Shown: positions 15,788 to 27,874 of the stretch, piece by piece | How positions within the stretch are numbered: position 1 is the first letter of the stretch | How the letters are laid out: each line of letters opens with the position of its first letter | Origin: the human T2T-CHM13v2.0 reference genome, Homo sapiens | Assembly: GCF_009914755.1 (NCBI RefSeq) | Contig: NC_060931.1 | Direction: 5' to 3' (one strand) | DNA length: 64,000 nt | The notes under the pieces: model-generated | Database searches by the model: none | What the model saw: the letters and a program-made list of their open reading frames with translations, nothing else | Told to the model about the DNA's origin: nothing | Position numbers and translations under genes: made by a program

Positions 15788-17061
15788 AGCGGCTCATTAA
15801 AACCTTTTTGTTAGTAAATGTCCAGACAGATTCTCTATTATCGTGCCACTGCTTGTCATATTTTATAGCACTATACTCCCTGAAGCACTGAAAGTTATGA
15901 TTGAACCTAAATTACACACAAAGTTAAATCCGCAGTTGCTGGTTTTAGTGAGAGTTGAGGTGGAGGAAGTAAAAGAACAACCTGGAGCCAGGTGTGGTGG
16001 CCCATTCCTATAATCCCAGCACTTTGGGAGGCCAAGATCGAAGATCACTTGAAACCAGAAGTTCAAGACCACCAGCCTGGGTAACACAGCAAGACCCTGT
16101 CTCTATTTCAACATGGGAACTGGTTTAGACATAAAATTAAATATACAGTATAAAGGAAAAGACAATGATAGACAAGTACTGGAAAGACAACCTTAACACC
16201 AATCTCATATAACTTGAATTGAATGTTGGGGTGAAAATCACCGTAACGGTAGTCCTAGGAAGGGAATATAGCCAGTGTGCATAAAATGAAAGATAAACTC
16301 TAGTATGGAAAAGGAATGCATTATCCACTCTTACACGAAGCCCCTGGCATGCAGATTGCAGCAACCAGCTACAGCTTTCTAGCAATAGAAACGGAATCTC
16401 AAAACAGGGAGGAGGAGGGAACAGTAGATGAAAAGACTTACAGAGAAGCAAAAAACCAAAGGGACACAAAAAGCAAGAGCACGCTAAAATAGGACCTCGT
16501 ACACGCAGTGAAAAAAGGTGGCACAAAGAAGGGGAAGAATCAAGCTTCCACACCTCTCTTAGCTAAAAGGGGAGCTAGTCCCAGTGTTTGACCAGCCAGA
16601 GTAGGCCCTTCTATCAGTAAGTGAAAGAAGTGGGTGTGGGGGGAGGTGCTGCAAGAATAGTGGGGACAACACCAACTGTCATATTTACTCTAATCCTTGG
16701 TACCCATACAAAGTCACTAAAATCTAGGAAAGTAATGTTTTTTTAAAAAATTGCACCCAGAATAAGGGAGAAAAACGTCTTTTTAAGTTCTATAATCCCA
16801 GGTTATCCGTTGGCTTGCAACTCATGGAGAAATAGAAACCACAGCTGCTTAGTCAGAGTGTACTTTATCTTATACAATGCATGACACCTAAATTAAATAG
16901 GAAGCAGCACCTTGTTAAAACCATAGCATTTTAAAATGTGAAACTGAGTTTTACAATTGTCAAACTATATGCTCAAACTGACACAGCTGGGATGAAAAAC
17001 CTGCTCTTTCCCTTTCACCGAACTGCCTGAGTGGGGCAGTAAAATTAAAAAGAAAAAACTT

Positions 17062-17720
<659 letters not shown>

Positions 17721-17964
17721 TACAGAATAGGTCCCAGTCTGCAACCCTAACTGAAAAATATTAACAAATCCTTGCAGTAAGTGACCGAGCCTGTTGGCAC
17801 CAGCCTGTAGTCCCAGCTACTTGGGAGACTGAGGTGGAAGGATCGCTAGAGCACAGGAGGCGGAGGTTGCAATGAGCCGGGATAGCGCCACTGCACTCCA
17901 GTCTGGGTGACAGAGCGAGACTCTGTCTTAAAAACAAAAACCAAAAAAACCCCAAATCCTTTAA

Positions 17965-18115
17965 GTGCGCTATAATGGTTAAGACTATGGGCTCTGATGC
18001 CCCACTGCCTGAGCCCCTAACTCCCTCAGTCAGCATAGCTGTGCGACCTCGGCAAAAAAGTTTCTCTACGGCTGTTTCCTCACCTGTAAAATGGGGGCAG
18101 TAATAGAAATCATCC
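17965..18115 (+). mobile_element. MIR element in TOMM7 intron 1
   Basis: TAATGGTTAAGA...GCTGTGCGACCTCGGCAA...GTTTCCTCACCTGTAAAATGGG MIR core. Confidence 0.85.
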
Positions 18116-18479
18116 AAACCCTTCATCGTACAGGTAAGAAAGCAGAGGCATCCAACGACTATTATTATAATCATGCTTTCATGGCAGTGGTACTTTCACG
18201 AGGTGTCTCGATTCCCTGAACAGGACTCTTTCCACTTAGGACCACATGGAGCGGTGAGGAAAAACACCCCGAGAACCACCTAGTGCTAAAGAGTGAATTA
18301 GTGACTTTCACATCCACTGGGGTCATCCAACCCTCCCTACAATCCCGAGAAATATGACCTCCACTTTAAGGATGCAAAAATAGAAAAGGAGGGATTGCAA
18401 GACTGCTTAAAGACCATGCAACTATAAAGCGATAGAACGGGAACTCGAACTCAGGTTAGATCGGCCCCACTTGACCAGA

Positions 18480-18960
18480 CAGCCTCAGGGGCCGTGCACG
18501 GCGGTGTCCCCTATTTTTCTCTCCCTCCCCCGACGGCCAAAAATGGGGCTGCTGTCTCCGCCACCCTCTTCCCTCCAGTCACTTTCCCGGTTCTTCTCCC
18601 ACTGACCCAGGTAAATCACAAGAGGGATAAAGCCCCAGCGAATGGCAAACTGGCTCCCCTTGAAGAGCTGCTGTAGTCTCTGCTTGGCCTCTTTGCTCAG
18701 CTTCACCATGGCGACGGCCGTGTGGCGCAGGGAGGACCCCTTACAGCAACCACAGCGTCGGGAATCCGAAAGGGAAAGGAGGTGCGCAGGCGCCACACAC
18801 GGCCTTTACGGCAGGAGTCGTGAGCGTCGCCAGCAGAGGTCGTAATTCATCGCCTTTAACCTTCCCTGCTCTTCCGCCTCGCCGGCAGTAGTAGGCGCAT
18901 GCGTGGTTGCGATCATAGCTGGCGGTAACTTCGCGTTTCTGTTACCCATTTTTAAAACGC
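18480..18960 (-). promoter_or_regulatory. TOMM7: TOMM7 CpG-island promoter with NRF1 and ETS/GABP motifs and a pyrimidine-rich start region
   Basis: CpG-dense segment around exon 1. TGCGCAGGCGC at 18783-18793, GCGCATGCGT at 18895-18904, CTTCCG at 18871-18876. Minus-strand CCTCCTTTCCCTTTC at 18782-18768. Confidence 0.85.
18607..18709 (-). CDS. TOMM7: TOMM7 coding exon 1 (codons 1-34 plus 1 nt; MVKLSKEAKQRLQQLFKGSQFAIRWGFIPLVIYL-G), mitochondrial import receptor subunit Tom7
   Basis: ATG at 18709-18707 in strong Kozak context (GCCGTCGCCATGG). Translation matches the human Tom7 N-terminus. Donor CTGG|GTCAGT at 18607/18606. 103 nt, phase 1. Confidence 0.99.
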
Positions 18961-19785
18961 ATCTTCAGGTGTTCCTTCCTTCTCATGGAAGGAACATTAA
19001 TTAAATTCAGAGGGACTGGGTTTTAGTCCTAACTCTTATTCCTACTGGCTGTGTAACCGTGGACAAATTATTTAACTTCTCAGAATCAGGTTGTTCAAAC
19101 CTGAGGTTGAACTGCAAAAAGGTTACGAAGTGACACTCAGTAGGGCCCGAATCCATGTTTTCTTTGATCCCAATCTTTTTTAAAAAAATTTCTTTTAATT
19201 ACTTGCCAACATTTTAGAATTTGGAAATCTCACATGAAATTCTGGACTTTTGAAGCTGAGGAATTCCATTGCAACAATCAAGGAGACTAAATAGGAAATG
19301 ACACTTCTGTTTGGCCATCTTGCCCTCATTGGTTTAGAATGGCAGTGGTTCTCAACCCTGGCTGCACATTAGAATCACTTTAGGAGAGGTAAAACCATAC
19401 TCACGCTGGAGACCTACTCCTAGAAATTCTAAAGAGTTTGGGGCTGGGAACTGGCCATTGATCTGCCTTTGAAGTTTCCCAAGTGATTCCCAACCTCTGA
19501 TGTAATAAATTTCTGGCTGCTGTCGTATTTGAGATTTGACCCCCCCAGGTCTAAGACTTAATTGATTTTTAAGGCTGTAAGACATTTCTAAGACTTTGAC
19601 TTTTAAGACTTTCCTGCCTCATTCTGAAGGTACGTAGTCGTTTTCTGTGCCCAATGTCTGTGCTCCTAAAAATTTCCCCTTGCTGACCTCTGTGGCTTGC
19701 GCCTGTAATTCTGGCTATTTGGGAGGCTGAGGCGGGAGGACCACTTGAGTTTGATGCTGCAGTGAGCTGTGATTGGGTCACTTGC

Positions 19786-20940
19786 TGTAAGCTCCCAAAG
19801 GGTTCACTTTGCCCGCTGCCTGGACAGAGCCGATTGATCAACACTGGGGAATTACAATAAAGAGTAATTCACGCAGAGCTGGCTGTGCAGGAGACCAGAG
19901 TTTTATTATTACTCAAATCAGTATCCCATAGCATTCGGGGATCAGAGTTTTTAAGGACAATTTGGTGCGTGGGGAGACAGCCAGTAAGTCGGAAGTGCTG
20001 ATTGGTTGGGTCAGAGATGAAATCACAGGGAGTGGAAGCTGTCTTGTACTGCCTCAGTTCCTGGGTCGGGGCCACAAGATCAGATGAGCCAGTTTGCCGA
20101 TCTGGGTGGTGCCAGCTGATCCATTTTGCAGGCTGTGCAAAGTATCTCAAGCACTGATGTTAGGCTTTACAATAGTGTTATTCCCAGGAGCAATTTGGGA
20201 AGGGTCAGAATCTTAGTTCCTGGGTTGGGACCACAAGATCAGATGAGCCAGTTTACCTATCTGGGTGGTTCCAGCTGATCCATTTTGCAGGGTCTGCAAA
20301 ATATCTCAAACACTGATGTTAGGCTTTACAATAGAGTTGTTATCCCCAGGAGCAATTTGGGGAGGGTCAGAATCTTGTAGCCTCCAGCTGCATGACTCCT
20401 AAACCATAATGTCTAATCTTTTCGCTAATCTGTTAGCCTGTATACCAAACCTGCACATGCACTCCCTGAAACTAAAGTAAAAGTTGGAAAGAGCAAAAAA
20501 AAAAAAAAGAAATAGTTTATGTTTTGGTGGAGCTCAGATAACAACAGCAAGGGACAATATAATGACTAAAAGCACAAACCAACTGTGTGATCTTTGATCA
20601 ATTATTTAATATCTCTGAATCTCAGTTTCCTTACCTGTAAAATGAAGCCAACTATATATATTTAAATCCTTACAAAATTAGTAAAATAAGCTATAATGCA
20701 CTGCAATCTTACAAATTCCTGTAAGGATTAAAAGAATTTTTTTAGGCAAGAAGGGGATTTGTTTAGGGAAAGGGCTGTTATCATCTTTGTTTTAAGCTAT
20801 AAACTAAAAGTTCTTTCCAAAGTTAGTTCAGCCTATGCCCAGGAGTGAACAAGGACAGCTTGGAGGTTAGAAGCAAGATGGAGTTGGTGATGTCAGATGT
20901 CTTTCGCCGTCTCAGTTATAATTTTACAGTGGCAGTTTCA
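19786..20940 (-). mobile_element. LTR8 solo LTR (ERV1) inserted into an Alu fragment, enlarged by an internal tandem duplication and a foreign insert
   Basis: Minus strand TGAAACTGCC...AAATTATAACTGAG...GGGCAAAGTGAACCCTTTGGGAGCTTACA. Alu pieces at 19690-19785 and 20941-21001 on either side. Confidence 0.9.
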
Positions 20941-21094
20941 TCACTACAATCCAGCCTGGGCAACAGAGTGAGACCACATCTTTAAAAACAAGAAAAAAAA
21001 ATTCACCTCATATTATAGTGTTCTTCTGCTAGGCTCATCATCATGAATAATAACAACCTGTGTCTTCTATGCCTGTCACTGTGTTAAGTGCTGA

Positions 21095-21420
<326 letters not shown>

Positions 21421-21644
21421 TGAATAATTGTTCTTTTAATCCTTACAGGAATTTGTAAGATTGCACTGCATTATAGCTTATTTTACTAATTCTTGTAAGG
21501 ATATATATGGTTTCATTTCACAGATAAGGAAACTGAGATTCAGAGATATTAAATAATTGATAAAAGATCACACAGTTGGTTGCTCTTAGTCATTATATTG
21601 TCCCTTGCTGTTATCTGAGCTCCTCCAAAACAGAAGCTATTTCT

Positions 21645-21869
21645 TTTTTTTTTTTTTCTTTCAAACTTTTACTGTAGTTTCAGGGAGTGCATGTGCCGGT
21701 TTGGTATATGGGTAAATTGCATGTTGTGGGGGTTTGGTGCATAGATTATTTTCTCACCCAGGCAATAAGCATAGTACCTGATAGGTAGTTTTTGGATCCT
21801 CACCCTCTTCCCACCCTCAAGTAGGTCCCCATGTATATTGCTCCCTTCTTAGTGTCCATGTATTCAATG
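21645..21869 (-). mobile_element. 5'-truncated L1 3' end (L1PA15/16-like)
   Basis: Poly(T) followed by L1PA 3'-UTR sequence. TSD CAGAAGCTATTTCT (21631-21644) / CAGAAACTGTTTCT (21870-21883). Confidence 0.85.
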
Positions 21870-22411
21870 CAGAAACTGTTTCTCATCTTTTTATTCAAAT
21901 ACCTCATACATAGTAAGAATGCAGTGAATGTGGCACTTATCCTGCCAGATGGGCTAAAAATACCAAAGTCATTTGCCTTCCTCAAACATTCATTGAGCCT
22001 TATTATATGCTAGGCACTAGAGATATAAGATTTTTTTTTAAACTGCCCTTAAGAATATCATGGTTGAATGGAGAAACATGAGTAAACAGATGATTCCAAT
22101 GTAATGTGAATATATATACTAAGTCCCACAATAAAGTTATGCTCAAAATTTGACAGAAAGGCAGAAGAAAGACAACTAACACTGCCTAGAGGAGTCAGGG
22201 AACTTTTGAAGAACCCCATGCAGTTAAACTAGAGAGAGGAGTAAATTTGAAAACCATTAAGAAGGTGAAATCAGCAGGACTTGTCGGCCAAATGAATATG
22301 TAGGGCAACATTGAAAGAAGTAGTCAAGGATGACTGTCAAGTTTTGAGCTTGTGTAACATACTGGGTTAATCTTACTCCTTGACCTCCACAAAGTCTAAA
22401 TTATGTAGATT

Positions 22412-22877
22412 TGATCCAGGACAGGTGAGCCCTAAAGTGGGTCTTAGCCTGTGGGTTCTTGGCTTTACCCAGGGAAGAATTCAAGGCCAAGCTGGTGGTA
22501 AAAGAAAACAGCTTTATTAAAGAGGTGTTACAGCTCCATGACTGCTCCTGCAGATATAACAACTCAGGGCAGTTTTTCAGTCGTATTTATACCTACTTTT
22601 AATTACATGTAGATTAAGGCAGAGTTTATGCAGTAATTTCTAGGGAAGGGGTAGTAACTTTTGGGTTGTCATGTCACTGCCATGGAAAGGGGTGGTAGCT
22701 CCCCGGTGTTACCATGGCAACAGTAAACTGACATGGCACATAGCACACATGGCACATGGCACATGGGAGGTGTGACTTATGGAAAACTGCTTCCACCCTG
22801 TCCCTGTTTTAGCTGGTCCTCAATTTTGTCCAGTGTCCAAGCCCTGCCTCTGGAGCTCAGTCTTGCCTCCTACCTCA
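22412..22877 (-). mobile_element. MER66-like solo LTR
   Basis: Minus strand starts TGAGGTAGGAGGCAAGAC; clearly homologous to 23530-23995 in inverted orientation. Confidence 0.75.
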
Positions 22878-23529
22878 CAGTAGAGATTCACCTCTACAGT
22901 AATTCCCACATATACAGTTGGAAATGGAGACAACATTATAATGGCCAAAAGTATGTTATATTCCTTGGATACATTTGTTGTTGAAGGAAAAAAGGTTGAG
23001 AACCTCTCTTCTATTCTTGATGTGCCCTCCTAGTTCAGCTCCTTATAGCCTAAACTATAATAGCTGGAAGCTATCTCGTCTACCAGCCTCTAGTCTCCAC
23101 CTTTGCTATATACTCTATACACTGTAGTTAAGATCAGGCTTCTACATCATTGCTCTGCTCATGTCACTCCCCTGTTCAAACACCTCCAGTGAGTTACCAA
23201 GGGCTACCTCCCTAAATCTGTTTATCTTCTGAAAATAAGTGTACTTCTCAGAATATTATTGTGAGAAATAAAAAAGTTAATATATAAAAGATCTTTGCAA
23301 ATTTTAGAGTATTAGATACATAGTAAGTAACATCATAGTCAATGATAAAAGACAGTACCCAGAAAGTGCTAAATGAGTGGAATCAACAAAAAAAAAAATT
23401 AAATGTGTTAAGAGGGGAGAGCTAGCCTTATGAGCTAAAATACTCAGGAAAAACTTCACAGAGAGCATAGTTGGTCTTGATGAGCGTTTACAGATCCAGA
23501 AACTCAACTTTATCTGGTTGAGACAAGAT

Positions 23530-23995
23530 TGAGGTAGGAGGCAGGACTTGACTCCAGAGGTGGGGCTTGAACTCCAGACCAGATTGAAGACTAACTTGAA
23601 ACAGGGAAGAGGCAAAAGCACCTCTCCATAAGACATGCCCACAAGTACCATGTCAGTTTACCATTGCTATAGCAACACCTGGAAGTCACCTCCCCTTTCT
23701 GTGGCAATGACCCAGAAGTACCACCTTCTTTTCTAGAAAATTCTGAATATCCACCCCTTAATTTGCATATAATTAAAACTGGGTATAAATATGACTGTGA
23801 AACTGCCACTGAGCTGCTACTCTGGGCACACTGCCTGTGGATTAGCCCTGCTGTGGAAGGAGCAATACCTCTGCTGCTCCTGTACACTGCTGCTTCAGTA
23901 AAAGTTGCTGTCTAAAACCACCAGCTCACCCTTGGCTTCTTTACTGTGTGAAGCCAAAAACCCTCTTGGGCTTGGGGCTTGTGTGCCCTACATCA
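23530..23995 (+). mobile_element. MER66-like solo LTR
   Basis: TGAGGTAGGAGGCAGGAC...CCCTACATCA; TSD AGAT (23526-23529, 23996-23999). Confidence 0.8.
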
Positions 23996-24061
23996 AGATG
24001 GTCTCCTTTCCTTCAGCCTTGACCTTCCAGTCTCCAATTTTCCCTCTAAACTTCATATCCC

Positions 24062-24150
24062 GGAAAAAGAAAAAGAAAGAAAGGGAAAGAGAAAAGAAGG
24101 AAGGGAGGAAGGAAGGAAGGAAGGAAGGAAGGAAGGAAGGAAGGAAGGAA
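24062..24150. repeat. Homopurine tract with (GGAA)n
   Basis: A/G-only stretch ending in about 11 GGAA units. Confidence 0.95.
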
Positions 24151-24184
24151 TTAAAAGAAAAGAAAACCTCCAGTACTGAATCAT

Positions 24185-24830
<646 letters not shown>

Positions 24831-26430
24831 TACGTATAAGCAATTCCTATATTAGAAATAATAATAATGAAATTATGATATATTTGTGGTTAGTATGTGC
24901 ATAGAAAGAAATCTAGAAAAAATGTACTCTAAACTGTCAGTAGGAGTAATTATCTCAGGAGATAAGGAAGGGAATTACTGGAAATCTTTACTTTATATAG
25001 ATATATATGCTTTACTTTATATATATACACTTATATATATACACACACATACCCACACACATATGTATCTAGATAAATATATATATTTGTAATGTGTTCA
25101 TTGCTTTTTATAATGAGCATATATGATTTGTCATCAGAGAAAAAAAAAAAAAACAATAAAAGTAGATAGATCTTTAAACCAAATAAAACCTTCCAGGGGC
25201 TCTTTATTGTCTTTACGACAAAAGATTAAAATCCATTTACAAGCTACATGGTCCCTGAAGGCATCATGCTGTCTCATCTCTGCTGTTACCTCTGCCAGAA
25301 ATGCCTTCCCATACCCCTTGCTTTTTACGATTCACTCAAGTATCTCCTCCAAGATGTCATCTGTGACCTGTCCCTACCCCTGCACCAGCCTAGAGCAAAT
25401 TGAGCACTTCCTCCATGGTGACTCCTACTCTATCTTATTCTCGCTACCATCTCAAGCTAACTTAGATCCTTGACTATCTCCCCCAAGTAAACTACAGATA
25501 AAGACTCTGTCTCATTCATTTCATATCCCCATTGACTGTGTATATAACACTTGTGGAACTGGTGAATGAATTTCATCAGAAACAGCCTTAGTTTACCATG
25601 CTACTTAATCTTCCATAAAGTGGGTATCTAAAACGCTTATTTGTAACTTTACCCTTAGCGATATCCTGAGAATAAAAGCTGGCATTCTCCATTCTGGTGG
25701 GCAAGAACACTCAAGCAACCAATTATAATGTTAACTAATACTTCCTGGGTGTTTACTAGTAGTATATGATGCACTGTGCTAAGGCCTCACACGCATTAAC
25801 TTATGGAATCTTCGCAACCCTGTGAGGCAGGGACTGTATTATCATTCTCATTTTATAGATGAGGAACTGAGGCATGGGAAGGTGAAGTAAATTTGTTTTG
25901 TCCAAGGTCAGCTAGTAAGGGGTAAAGACAGAATGGAAACTCCAGCGGTCTTACTGCAGAACCTCAATGTTAAACATAACACTATTTTGCCCTATAGGTG
26001 AGAAATAAACATAGAAATAGAAGACAAACCTTTATATGTTCTCAAAGAATATTTTCCTTTAGCTATGATAGATAAGAGACCTGTTTTCATGGTACTATAG
26101 TGGCACATATGATTAGACCAAAAGCTGGTTGGGGACTTAAGGGGTGGGTGCTGACTACCTGAACCAATCAGATCCACTGTAAGTGAGATTTGTACTCAAG
26201 ATAGAAAGAAATACATTTGACTGAAGCTAGTTAGACAGAGAGACTAGAAGACATGAAGCAATAGAATCCACCAGTGGGCAGAGAATACCGAGTTATAGTG
26301 ATATCAAAGCACAAGAATGGAGAACAATGTGCTTTCTGGGCAGCAAGATAATCCCACCCTAGAGTTTGCTAAGTGCTGAGCAACCTTTCATTCCCCAGCT
26401 ATGGTCCAAAGTTGGTAAGTCTGGCTGTGA

Positions 26431-26688
<258 letters not shown>

Positions 26689-27304
26689 TGAACTCCTGAA
26701 CACAGGCGATCTGCCCACCTCAACCTCCCAAAGTGCTGAGATTACAGGTGTGAGCCACCATGCCCAGCCAATTCCTGTTTTTTTTTTTGATGTAGAGAAA
26801 AGTAGAATTTTTCTCTGCTAGTACATCAAGTACTGAATGTATAATTAAGTACATTATAACCCCATGGTCTCTGCTAATTACAAAATAACAGAAGAGAGGT
26901 AAAAGCATCAAGGTGAGAAACCCAGGTGGGGAATCAACTGTCAGGATTTCACTAGCACCATCCAAGGAAAAGATGCTACCAGCTCTGTTGTATTATTTTT
27001 AAAAATATGGCTGGGTGTGGAGGCTCACACCTGTAATTCCAGCGCTTTGGGAGGCCAAGGCAGCTGGATCACCTGAGGTCAGGAGTTCGAGACCAACCTG
27101 GCCAACACGGCAAAACCCTGTCTCTACTAAAAAAATAATAATAATAATACAAAAATTAGCCAGGTGTGGTGGCAGGTGCCTGTAATCCCAGCTACTCAGG
27201 AGGCCGAGGCAGGGAGAATTGCTTGAACCCAGGAGGTGGAGGTTGCAGTGAGCCAAGATTGTACCATTGCACTCCAGTCTGGGCGATAGAGCGAGACTCT
27301 GTCA

Positions 27305-27338
<34 letters not shown>

Positions 27339-27510
27339 AACTTCCAGAGAGGATAAAATAGTTGAACTCTTTAGGTCGTAAGGAAAAAAGAAACCTGGGG
27401 AAATATAGCTGGTGGATATTTCTGACTGCACAGACAGGCTTCACAGAAGAAAAGAAACCACTTCTTTGAATATCTATTTCCACATCTGCAAAATGGAAAG
27501 AGTAACTACC

Positions 27511-27874
27511 TGTTATAGACTGAATTGTATCCCTCCAAAATTTATATATCGAAGTTCTAACACCCCAATGTGACAGTATTTGGAGCTAAGGGCTTTAAGT
27601 AGGTAATTTCAGTTAAACGAGGTCATGAGAATAGGGCCCTAATCCAATGGGAAAATCTTTCTCTCTCCACACGTGCACAGAGAAAAGGCCACATGAGGAC
27701 ACCATGAGAAGGCAGCTGTCTACAAGCCAGGAAGAGAGTCCTCACCAGAAACCAGCTCTGCTGGCACCTTGAACTTGGACTTCACGCCTCCAGAACAGTG
27801 AGAAAATAAATTTCTGCTGTTTCAGCCGCCCAGCCTGTGGTATTCTGTTATGGCAGCCCAAGCTGACTAATACA
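27511..27874 (+). mobile_element. MLT1A-type MaLR solo LTR
   Basis: TGTTATAGACTGAATTGT...GCTGACTAATACA; 5-bp TSD CTACC on both sides. Confidence 0.9.

Noticed and set aside
17790-17926. Antisense Alu arm in TOMM7 intron 1 as an in-frame cassette exon
   Set aside because: Both candidate acceptors (17927, 17923) lead to a stop codon in the exon 1 frame, and no strong donor was seen.
17954-17964. AAATCCTTTAA matching the SNORD93 guide target inside TOMM7 intron 1 (similar ATCCTTTAA at ~50445)
   Set aside because: It is on the wrong strand for TOMM7 pre-mRNA, the other lies upstream of the SNHG26 TSS, and AT-rich 9-11-mers are expected by chance.
18485-18796. 103-aa ORF containing the TOMM7 N-terminus with extensions
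   Set aside because: It starts at a GTG upstream of the likely TSS and runs past the exon 1 donor into intron 1. The true CDS is spliced. Intron retention would give a 74-aa product with no support in the sequence.
26268-26281. CTCF-like motif CCACCAGTGGGCAG
   Set aside because: Mismatch at a core position; a single motif cannot be called without ChIP data.
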